This document shows positions 11,217-22,400 of a stretch of 64,000 nucleotides of DNA, piece after piece. Positions within the stretch are counted from its first letter, which is position 1; every line of letters begins with the position of its first letter. The notes under the pieces were generated by a model that made no database searches, was not told where the DNA came from, and worked only from the letters and a program-made list of their open reading frames with translations. This DNA comes from Eledone cirrhosa (lineage: Eukaryota): the NCBI GenBank assembly GCA_964016885.1, contig OZ024741.1, positions 21,018,001 to 21,082,000 on the forward strand, read 5' to 3'. Both the position numbers and the translations under genes were made by a program.

Positions 11217-13088
11217 TTACCTTTTCGTTTCCTGGAGATCGGGTTGTTCAATCTCCATTTGGGTGCTGGATGGGGTGTTGGGTGGGGTGGGGAAACCTTT
11301 CAACAAGACGCGGTTGATGGGTTTGTGGCAGGGGTTGCCCACGTCCTGTGAAAATTTAATTTTCAGGTCTTTATAGGTTTCCATAGAAACCCTTATAAGT
11401 TTAAGGTGTGGAGACGATTCTGCCTTGACGAAAGTTTTGCCCTCCGTCTCCACCTTGGGGTTTTGGGAGATGACCTCCATCAAACTCTTGTTGTTTGTGT
11501 TGATGAATGCGTATTGTTGTTTGTGTTTTTGTTGTATTGTTTTAGTTTGTTGTTCATCCGGGAGTTTTCTTTTTATGGTGGGTGCTTGTGTTTGGGGTGG
11601 TGTTGGTGCTGGTTTTGCTGATAGGGGGATGTTTGACTGTGGTGTTGTTTGTGTTGTTGTTTGTGTCTGTGGTTGTGTGTTGGTGTTGGTGATTGGAGTT
11701 TTGGGGGTTTTGTGGTGTCTCTTTTTTTGTTTTTTGGATTTCCGCGGTTCTCCCTCTTCTTCACTTAAAGAAGGAGAAGCAGCTTCATCCGTCGATGAAT
11801 AATCATCGTCAGGTGTGTGGGGTAAGGGTATGTTGTGTGGTGGTGGTGGTGTTTCGGTATGTGTGTTTGTGGTAGTGTTTGATGGAGTGGGATGGAGTGG
11901 GGATGTGTTCTTCAGGGGTGTTGTCTCTGTTTTTTCTGTTGTTGGTTGAGTGTCTGTTTGTTTTGGTGTGGTTGCTCGTTTCGTCTGTCGTTGTACTTGT
12001 GGTGGTGGTGGTGGTTGTTTTGGTGTTGGTGTTGGTAATAGCGTTTTTTTTATGATGTTGTTGTTGTGTGTTTGTGGACAAGAGGCTTTTAGGTGAGATG
12101 TGCTACCACAGCGAAAGCAGTGAAATTTTCGTCCTTCTACCGAAATGTTTATTTTGTTGTTATTATCAATAACGACTCTTTCGGGTATTTTGGAGATTCT
12201 CTCCGGTTTCATTTGCAACAGAATCTCCAAATCGGTGCCCGCCCACCTTTGTCGAATGGATTTTCGTATCGAAAGTATTATGTCTGTTTCTGGCTCTACG
12301 AAGCCAGCCAAGATCCACCAGATGTTAATGCTTGGAGGTATGTTTTTTATTTTTATTTTTTGTGTCCTTTTCCCCATGTATGTAGGGAAAAAGGTGTATG
12401 CTTTTGACACTATTGGTGTCACAGAGTTTTTGGGGGCCAGTGTCTCGCTTTTAAACAGTACGGAAACACTTCCGTACTGTTTTCCTCGCTGGAGAAAATC
12501 GACATTTCCTAGAATCTCCTTGAAAGAATCTTCTATATCTGACTGATTAACAAATGTCGGTTTTCTTGACGAATTTGACACAGTCCTAAAAGTGACTGAT
12601 CGGCGGTTTGTGTCTTCCTTTATTTCAAGGGGTGAGTTAATTCTAAACCCACCTCTTTCTTCGAAAGTTACAAATTTTCTCCCTTGCTGGAGCATATCTC
12701 TTGCGTTGGAGATATCAAGATTTATAAAATCTTGTTTCTTGTTGACTGTGTCAGCAAAAGACATTTTCTTTTTTTGTGTGATGTTGTTAATAATGATGTT
12801 ATCGTTGTTGGAAATTTTATGTGTAGATGTATCTGTAGAGTTGTTGATGTCTTTTCCATGTGTATGTATGTCAATGGGTTTTTTTGCCGTGTTTTCCCGT
12901 GTGTTATTGTCATTTTTCTCCGCTTCGGCGGTAGAAATTGTAACATTTTCAAATGTTGATATATTTTTTTCTTTTGTGACAGTATCTATGGCAACGTCCA
13001 TAGCAGCAGAAGCAGATATAACGTTAATATCTGCCTCTTTCTCTCTCTTTTCACTATTAACGTTCTTCAGCGTTCTAGTGTTGCTCAA
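11217..13088 (-). CDS. ORF1 gag-like protein of copy C (623 aa, open)
   Basis: CFRCGSTSHLKASC CCHC knuckle, P/T/Q-rich linker and conserved C-terminal block. It ends 41 nt upstream of the ORF2 ATG. Confidence 0.88.
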   Translation of the reverse strand: MSNTRTLKNVNSEKREKEADINVISASAAMDVAIDTVTKEKNISTFENVTISTAEAEKNDNNTRENTAKKPIDIHTHGKDINNSTDTSTHKISNNDNIIINNITQKKKMSFADTVNKKQDFINLDISNARDMLQQGRKFVTFEERGGFRINSPLEIKEDTNRRSVTFRTVSNSSRKPTFVNQSDIEDSFKEILGNVDFLQRGKQYGSVSVLFKSETLAPKNSVTPIVSKAYTFFPTYMGKRTQKIKIKNIPPSINIWWILAGFVEPETDIILSIRKSIRQRWAGTDLEILLQMKPERISKIPERVVIDNNNKINISVEGRKFHCFRCGSTSHLKASCPQTHNNNIIKKTLLPTPTPKQPPPPPQVQRQTKRATTPKQTDTQPTTEKTETTPLKNTSPLHPTPSNTTTNTHTETPPPPHNIPLPHTPDDDYSSTDEAASPSLSEEEGEPRKSKKQKKRHHKTPKTPITNTNTQPQTQTTTQTTPQSNIPLSAKPAPTPPQTQAPTIKRKLPDEQQTKTIQQKHKQQYAFINTNNKSLMEVISQNPKVETEGKTFVKAESSPHLKLIRVSMETYKDLKIKFSQDVGNPCHKPINRVLLKGFPTPPNTPSSTQMEIEQPDLQETKR

Positions 13089-13309
13089 GTTTTTTTTACT
13101 TTGTAAAATTTGATATTTTAAAACAAACTTTTAAATAAAATGTTCGCCCCTACAGGGGCGAAAAATGGGATTACCACCCAGCTGACAATTCAGCTTGGGG
13201 GTTAATCTACAAAGTGTTGTATTTTTTTCAAACAATTAGATCGGTTTTTTGCATAGAAATTAACAAAAAACTTACCGGCGATATTCCACACGTTAGACAG
13301 AAAGAGAGG

Positions 13310-13387
<78 letters not shown>
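13310..13387. repeat. (GATA)n microsatellite at copy C 5' end
   Basis: Direct reading of the sequence. Confidence 0.98.
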
Positions 13388-13388
<1 letters not shown>

Positions 13389-13540
13389 ATAAATAAATAA
13401 AATAAACCATTAAACAGAATATGAAATATAACAGACAATAAAGACACATTATATACGCACCAGAAACCTTTATAGACCACCCGTGACCCGTTTAGTCACG
13501 TTCACTTCAATTATATACACACCAGGAAGCTTTATATAAA

Positions 13541-14159
13541 CTAGCAGAAAAACCACCTTATTGATATTATACACAAGTATATATACATGTAGATATGATA
13601 CATGAAATAAAATCGTAATTGACAATATACATAGAAATTGAACGAAGACTGCGTTACACTGTCTTATGTAATCAGTAAAGTAATCCATGATACATTAAAA
13701 AAAGACTATATTATATATAAACTGCATTAAATAAACATTTAAGCGATAACTAAGCGGAAATGTTGACATTTGAAAATTTTAAAGAAGTGAATCTTAAAAT
13801 AAACAACAAAATTATTTATATTTAATCAAGAATAACAAAATTTAGTAGATAAATTATGTAATATTCATTCATTATTTATTCAATGGATTGACAGTATCGG
13901 TAGAGAGTCGGACGCCATGCTGTCCAGCGTAGTTACGTCCCTTTATGGTCTGAGTTCAAATCCCGCCGAGGTTAACTTTGTCTTTCATCCTTACGGGGTC
14001 GATAAAATAAAGTACCAGTAATACACTGGTGAATTGCTGGCCTCGTGCCAAAAGTAGAAACAATTATTTATTCAAAGTAATCCAACTTATTTTACAAACG
14101 GGATAAAAAAAAAATATTCTGGACGCAGTCACGCACTCCTTACTTTATTATAGTTTAGA
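13541..14159 (-). mobile_element. Non-autonomous Helitron H2 (contains a SINE insertion)
   Basis: The minus strand starts A|TCTAAACTATAATAAAG and ends CTAG|T. A second copy lies at 40540-41015. Confidence 0.7.
13884..14062 (+). mobile_element. tRNA-derived SINE with 13-bp target-site duplication
   Basis: B-box GAGTTCAAATCCC and body ccgaggttaactttg..tttcatcc..gtcgataaaataaagtaccagt. TSD attatttattcaa at 13871-13883 and 14063-14075. The site is empty in the Helitron copy at ~40920. Confidence 0.85.
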
Positions 14160-14161
14160 TA

Positions 14162-14415
14162 CTAGACCACCCGTTGCCCCTTGAGTCACGTTCACTTCAA
14201 CATTTTTTTTTAATCATGTTCACTTAAAAATAATTTTTAAATAATAAAAATATACGCAGACACGTATATACTGTGAAATGGAACTGGAAGGCCCATATAT
14301 ATATACGTTGGTGTATGTATATATATAAATGTGTGTGTATGCATATATATATATATGTGTATATGGGTGTGTATATATATGTGTGTGTCTGTGATCTATA
14401 CACACTGGTCATAGA

Positions 14416-14493
<78 letters not shown>

Positions 14494-14530
14494 CAACACC
14501 ACCAGCTCTTTCTCTCTCTTCCATTCTCCT

Positions 14531-14582
<52 letters not shown>

Positions 14583-15903
14583 ACTCTCTCTCTTTCTTTC
14601 TCTCTCTCTGTTTATGAAGGTACTCGGAAAAAAACCCATATCTCAGGAACATGTGCCTCCGATTTACGCGAAACTTGTTTTCTTCCATTTGTATTCCCAT
14701 TTCAGTATCAACTTCTTTTGGCTGTATTACATTACAGACAAGCAAACAAACAATCACAGAGTTTTAGTAGTATACTAGCAGTGTATCCCGGCGTTGCACG
14801 GGTAAGAACATTGGTAATAGCACCTCCAATGAGAAACGTTTATTTGTGAGTGCCTGTTAAAAACTCACGAAAATATACCGACAGGAAACTTGTTTTATTT
14901 GGAGAAAATTAAGAAGTTGAAAGTACAGTTTAGCTGTCTACGTCCATTGTTCATAGAAATATTGTTGAGCCCTTTCTTTTCATACTCCTCTGTTTTGGCC
15001 TTTTGGAGTAAATGTGAAAGAGAAAGTCACAGGTTAAGTTGGCAGAAGGTTCCAGTGCAATAGTAGTAAGGCGTAGGCTACTTACCTCAAAAGTTCATTC
15101 GCACTCTTGTCACTAAGTTACTCTTTCTCTCTATCCCTCTCGGTGCAGTCCCTTGCGAATTCTCGCGTAGGCCTAGTGTAGATTTGCACCCGATCCATCT
15201 GCCCGATGCACATGTCCGCTTTGTACGGCTTTTGGAGGAAGGAGTGACCAGCAGTACGTTGTTCGGTATTATTACGAAAAGGTGTAGCAGAGAATCCCGC
15301 GTGAACTAACAGCTCGGGAGGAAACTGCTTACCTCGAAGATTCATTCGCCATCGTTCTTGTCAATGCTCCGTTTAGTTGGTATTTGTTGGTCTACAGTTA
15401 GATGAATGGCGCACAAAGGGTTAATGTTTATTGGCAAGAAGTGCAACTGGGCTGGCTTGCCTCGCTTATATTATATATTAATATAACAGATTAAAATTTA
15501 AGCAAAGAATCGCTGCTTTCAACCTTAACGGGATCTTCTGAAACTAAAAAAATCAATCTGTGAACGCAGAAGTAAATATTTTGAAAAACGTTGCAACCGA
15601 AGGAAAACAGGAAGACAATACTTTGGTTCGTGGAGACGTTCCCTGGCAATGGACGGAAAATAGCGAACATAATACGTCGTCAGCCAGGCATACAGACAGA
15701 TATTATAAGGGCGAGACGGAGATGGATAACCGGTGCCTAACAACTGAAAATTGAAAAATAAAAGCTGCAGTTAATATCTTTAGACCGCAAGGAATACATA
15801 AATGCAAGTTTGAAGTCAATCGGAGTAGAAATGTGAATTTGTATAGACTTTGCAAAAATGAGGTCACACACAGACATCAGTTTTATATATGTGTATAGAT
15901 AGA
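14162..15903 (-). mobile_element. Non-autonomous Helitron H3 (body 14162-14774, carrying CA/TA/CT microsatellites; H4 nested 4 bp inside its 5' end)
   Basis: The 3' end is CTAG|T preceded by a hairpin (perfect CGTGAC/GTCACG version at 13482-13500). The 5' end TCTA|TATACTACTAAAAC is split by H4. A second partial copy lies at ~38775-39490. Confidence 0.65.
14775..15899 (-). mobile_element. Non-autonomous Helitron H4
   Basis: 5' A|TCTATACACATATATAAAACTGATGTCTGTGTG and 3' CCCGTGCAACGCCGGG hairpin + 8 nt + CTAG|T. These are canonical Helitron termini at an AT target. Confidence 0.78.
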
Positions 15904-16366
15904 TGTATAGATGTATAGATAGATAAACAAGTTTGTATTTTATTGCTTTGTGTTGTATATTTTCATTTTTTAAAGACACTTTATATATGCTCCAGAAACC
16001 TTTATATATATATATATGTGTGTGTGTGTATGTATGTGTGGGTGTGTGTATGTGAGTGTGTGTGTGGGGGGGAGGTTAGGATTGGTGCTCTGAAATAGCG
16101 ATGTATATGAATGTATGCATAGTATATTTTGCAATATACCGCATGTTTAATTAAAAACATTTTGAAGACCTTACGCTATCATTTTAAAGTAGTGACTATG
16201 TCACTTACTTCTTTTCGGAGAAAGAAGGGAGGGAAGCTGAAAGTCTGTTACATGCTCTCTTATGACCATTTAGGGTTCCTGTTTAGTTAGTTGACAATCA
16301 CCCTTTACGGCGTTGTTTGTTTCAATGTAAAAACTCCTTGTCAAGTTTATTGTCAAGGATCTAAGG

Positions 16367-16440
16367 TAGCGGTTCTCAAAGTTTTTTTCCAACGGCACAC
16401 CTTGGGACACATGAAAAGATAGCGGCACACCTGGCTAAAT
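16367..16440 (+). mobile_element. hAT (Charlie-like) transposon end fragment
   Basis: TAGCGGTTCTCAAAG resembles a CAG(T/C)GGTTCTCAAA TIR, with two subterminal CGGCACACCT repeats. No matching right end was seen. Confidence 0.4.
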
Positions 16441-16481
16441 ATATATGAAAAATATTTGAATTTTACAAAATAAATACATGG

Positions 16482-19400
16482 CAAGTCATAGACGGCATAC
16501 AAACAGTAGACATAGACTAGTCATAGACGGCATACAACCATAGACACAGACTAGTCATAGACGGTATACAACTGTAGACATAGACCAGACAAGTCATAGA
16601 CGGCATACAACTGTAGACACAGACAAGTCAGAGACGGCATACAGCAGTAGACATAGACTAGTCATAGACGGCATACAACCGTAGACACAGACTAGTCATA
16701 GACGGCATACAACTGTAGACATAGACCAGACAAGTCATAGACGGCATACAACTGTAGACACAGACAAGTCATGGACGGTATACAACTGTAGACATAGACC
16801 AGACAAGTCATAGACGGCATACAACTGTAGACACAGACAAGTCATAGACGGTATACAACTGTAGACATAGACAAGTCATAGACGGTATACAACTGTAGAC
16901 ATAGACAAGTCATAGACGGTATACAACTGTAGACACAGACAAGTCATAGACGGTATACAACTGTAGACATAGACAAGTCATAGACGGTATACAACTGTAG
17001 ACATAGACAAGTCATAGACGGTATACAACTATAGACATAGACAAGTCATAGACGGTATATAAATGTAGACACAGACTAGTCATAGACGGTATATAACTAC
17101 AGACACAGACGAGTCATAGACGGCATACAACTGTAGACAGAGATTAGTCATAGACGGCATACAACTGTAGACACAGACAAGTCATAGACGGTATAGAACT
17201 GTAGACATAGACAAGTCATAGACGGTATACAACTGTAGACACAGACAAGTCATAGACGGCATACAACTGTAGACATAGACTAGTCATAGACGGTATACAA
17301 CTGTAGACACAGACTAGTCATAGACGGTATACAACTGTAGACACAGACTAGTTATATACGGTATACAACCGTAGACATAGACTAGTCATAGACGGTATTC
17401 AACTGTAGACACAGACAACTCATAGACGGTATACAACAGTAGACACAGACAAGTTATAGACGGCATACAACTCTAGACACAGACTAGTCATAGACGGTAT
17501 ACAACTGTAGACACAGACTAAACATAGACAGTATACAACTGTAGACACAGACAAGTCATAGACGGTATAAAACTGTAGACTCAGACTAGTCATAGACGGT
17601 ATACAACTGTAGACATAGACTAGTCATAGACGGCATACAACTGTAGACACAGACTAGCCATAGACGGTATACAACTGTAGACACAAACTAGTCATAGACG
17701 GTATACAACTGTAGACATAGACAAGTCATAGACAGTATACAACTGTAGACATAGACTAGTCATAGACGGTATAGAACAGTAGACACAGACTAGACATAGA
17801 CGGTATACAACTGTAGACATAGACAAGTCATAGACGGTATAAAACTGTAGCCACAGACAAGTCATAGACGGCATACAGCCGTAGACACAGACTAGTCATA
17901 GACGCCATACAACTGTAGACACAAACTAGTCATAGACGGTATACAACTGTAGACACAGACTAGTCATAGACGGCATAAAACCGTAGACGCAGACTAGTCA
18001 TAGATGGTATACAACTGTAGTCACAGACAGGTCATAGACAGAATACAACTGTAGACAGAGACTAGTCATAGATGGCATACAATTGTAGACATACGTTAGT
18101 CATAGACGGCATACAGATGTAGACATAGACTAGTCATAAAAGGTATACAAAAGTAGGCATAGACTAGTCATAGATGATATACAACTGTAGACATAAATTA
18201 GTCATAGAGGGCATACAACTGTACACACAGACAAGTCATATACGGTATACAACTGTAGACATAGACAAGTCATAGACGCTATACAACTGTAGACACAGAG
18301 TAGTCATAGACGGTATACAATCGTTGATACAAACTAGTCATAGACGGTATACAACAGTAGACACAGACTAGTCATAGATGGTATACAACTGTAGACATAG
18401 ACAATTGGTAGACGGTATACAACTGTAGACACATACTAGTCATAGACGGTATACAATTGTAGACGCAGACTAGTCATAGACGGTATACAACTGTAGACAC
18501 AGACTAGTCACAGACGGTATACAACTGTAGACACAGACAAGTCATAGACGGTATACAACAGTAGACACAGACAAGTCATGGACGGCATACAACTGTAGAC
18601 ACAGACTAGTCATAGACGGTATACAACTGTAGACAGAAACTAGTCATAGACGGTATATAACTGTAGACATACACTAGTCATAGACGGCATAAAACTGTAG
18701 ACATTGACTAGTCATAGAGAGCATACAACAGTAGACATAGACTAGTCATAAACGGTATACAACTGTAGACATAGACTAGTCATAGTCGATATACCACTGT
18801 AGATACAGACCAGTCATAGACGGCATACAACTGTAGACACAGACTAGTCATAGACGGTATAAAACTGTAGACATAGACTAGTCATAGACGGTATACAACT
18901 ATAGACACAGACAAGTCATAGAAGGTATAGAACTGTAGACATAGAGAAGTCATAGACGGTATACAACTGTAGACATAGACTAGTCATAGATGGTATACAA
19001 CAGTAGACAGAGACTAGTCATAGAGGGCATACAACTATAGACACAGACAAGTCATAGAACGTATACAACAGTAGAGACAGACAAGTCATAGACGGCATAC
19101 AATTGTAGACAAAGAGTAGTCATAGATGGTATACAACTGTAGACACAAACTAGTCATAGACGGTATACAACCGTAGACATAAACTAGTCATAGATGGTAT
19201 ACAACCGTAGACACAGACTAGTCATAGACAGTATAGAACTGTAGACACAAACAAGTCATAGACGGTATACAACTCGAGACTCAGACTAGTCATAGACGGC
19301 ATACAACCGTAGACGCAGACTAGTCATAGATGGTATACCACTGTAGTCCCAGACAAGTCATAGACGGCATACAACTGTAGACATAGACTAGTCATAAACG

Positions 19401-22400
19401 GTATACAACTGTAGGCATAGACTAGTCATAGACAATATACAACTGTAAACATAAATTAATCATAGACAGCATACAACTGTAGACACAGACAAGTCATATA
19501 CGGTATACAATTGTAGACATAGACAAGTCATAGACGCTATACAACTGTTGACACAGACTAGTCATAGACGGCATTCAACTGTAGACACAAACTAGTCATA
19601 GCTGGTATACAACTGTAGACACAGACTAGTCATAGACGGCTTACAACCGTAAGTATAAACTAGTCATAGACGGTATACAGCTGTAGACATAAAATAGTCA
19701 TAGACGGCATACAACTGTAGACACAGGCATGTCATATACGGTAATACAACTGTAGACATAGACAAGTCATAGACGCTATACAACTGTAGACACAGAGTAG
19801 TCTTAGACGGTATACAACCGTAGACACAAACTAGTCTTAGACGGTATACAACAGTAGACACAGACTAGTCATAGATGGTATACAATGTAGACATATACAA
19901 GTGGTAGACGGTATACAACTGGTGATACAGACTAGTCATAGAATGTATACAATTGTAGACGCAGACTAGTCATAGACGGTATACAGCTGTAGACACAAAC
20001 TAGTCATAGACTGTATACAACTGTAGACTTAGACGGTATTCAACTGTAGACATGGAGTAGTCATAGTCGGTATACAACTGTAGACACAGACTAGTCATAG
20101 ACGGCATACAACCGTAGACATAGACTAGTCATAGATGGTATACAACCGTAGACACAGACAAGTCATAGACGGTATACAACTGTAGACACAGACAAGTCAA
20201 AGACGTTATACAACTGTAGACATTGACTAGTCATAGACAGTATACAACTGTAGACATAGACTAGTCATAGACGGCATAAAACCGTAGACACAAACTAGTC
20301 ATAGACGGTATACAACTGTAGACACAGACTAGTCATAGACGGCATACAACCGTAGACATAGACTAGTCATAGATGGTATACAACCGTAGACACAGACTAG
20401 TCATAGACGACATACAACCGTAGACGTAGTCTAGTCATAGACGATATACAACTGTAGACACAAATTAATCCTAGACGGCATACAACTGTAGACACAGACA
20501 AGTCATATACGCTATAGAACTGTAGACATAGACAAGTCACAGACGCTATACAACTGTAGACACAGAGTAGTCATAGACGGTATACAATCGTAGACACAGA
20601 CTAGTCATAGACGATATACAACAGTAGACATAGACTAGTCATAGATGGTATACAACTGTAGTCATAAACAAGTTATAGACGGTATACAACTGTAGACACA
20701 GACAAGTCATAGACGGTATACAACTGTAGACATAGACAAGTCATAGATAGTATACAACTGTAGACACAGACTAGTCAAAGACGGTATACAACTGTAGACG
20801 CAGACTAGTCATAGACGGTATACAACTGTAGACACAGACTAGTCATAGACGGTATATAATTCTTGACACAGACAAGTCATACACGGTATACAACTGTAGA
20901 CACAAAGTAGTCATAGACGGTATACAACTGTAGACATAAACAAATCATAGACGGTATTCAACTGTAGACATAGACTAGTCATAGACGGTATATAACTATA
21001 GACATAGACTAGTCATAGACGGCATAAAACTGTAGACATAGACTAGCCATAGCCGATATACAACTGTAGATACAGACTAGTCATAGACGGCATACAACTG
21101 TAGACGCAGACTAGTTATAGACTGTATAAAACTGTAGACATAGACTTGTCATAGACGGTATACAACTGTAGACACAGACAAGTCATAGACGGTATAGAAT
21201 TGTAGACATAGACAAGTCATAGACGGTATTTAACTGTAGACACAGACTAGTGATAGACGGTATACGACTGTAGACATAGACTAGTCATAGACAGTATACA
21301 ACTGTAGACACAGACAAGTCATATACGGTATACAACTGTAGACACAGACTAGTGATAGACGGTATACAACTGTAGACATAGACTAGTCATAGAGGGTATA
21401 CAACAGTAGACACAGACAAGTCGTAGACGGCATACAACTGTAGACATAGAGTAGTCATAGATGGTATACAACTGTAGATACAAAATAGTCATAGACGGTA
21501 TACAACTGTAGACATAGACAAGTCATAGATGGTATTCAACTGTAGACATAGACTAGTCATAGACGGTATAGAACAGTAGACACAGACTAGACATAGACGG
21601 AATACAGCTGTAGACATTGACAAGTCATAGACGGTATAAAACCTGTATCCACAGACAAGTCATAGACGGCATACAGCCGTAGACACAGACTAGTCATAGA
21701 CGGCATACAACTGTAGACACAAACTAGTCATAGACGGTATACAACTGTAGACACAGACTAGTCATAGACGGTATACAACTGTAGACATAGACTAGTCATA
21801 GACGGCATACAACCGTAGACGCAGACTAGTCATAGATGGTATACAACTGTAGTCACAGACAGGTCATAGACGGCATACAACTGTAGACAGAGACTAGCCA
21901 TAGACGGCATACAACTGTAGACATAGATTAGTGATAGACGGTATACAACTGTAGACACAGACAAGTCATAGACGGCATACAACTGCAGACATAGACTAGT
22001 CATAAACGGTATACAACTGTAGACATTGACTAGTCATAGACGATATACAACTGTAGACATAAATTAATCATAGACGGCATACAACTGTAGACACAGACAA
22101 GTCATATACGGTATACAACTGTAGACATAGACAAGTCATAGACGCTATACAACTGTAGACACAGACTAGTCATAGACGGCATACAACCGTAAGCATAAAC
22201 TAGTCATAGATGGTATACAACCGTAGACATAGACTAGTCATAGATGGTATACAACTGTAGTAACAGACAGGTCATAGACGGCATACATCTGTAGACAGAG
22301 ACTAGTCATAGACGGCATACAACTGTAGACATAGATTAGTCATAGACGGCATACAATTGTAGACACAGACAAGTCATAGACGGCATACAACTGTAGACAT

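Larger units (their letters stand above)
7514..13309 (-). mobile_element. Tx1/L1-clade non-LTR retrotransposon copy C (full length, ~5.8 kb)
   Basis: 5' UTR, open ORF1, and ORF2 starting MAGLRVGTVNVRGL with APE+RT+zinc finger. The 3' UTR ends GTGGCTAATAAAGAAA-(TCTA)n. GATA repeats flank both ends. Confidence 0.95.

Noticed and set aside
11160-11222. AG|GTAAGT at the ORF1 stop plus a pyrimidine tract, suggesting a spliced ORF1-ORF2 fusion
   Set aside because: There is no AG before the ORF2 ATG, and the first downstream AG (11160) would join the ORFs out of frame.
1-13387. Tx1 array as a simple tandem duplication or assembly artefact
   Set aside because: Copies A, B and C differ extensively in ORF1, UTRs and synonymous sites, and each carries private lesions.
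13890-13970. tRNA genes at B-box motifs
   Set aside because: No cloverleaf is present, and each is the head of a multi-copy SINE.
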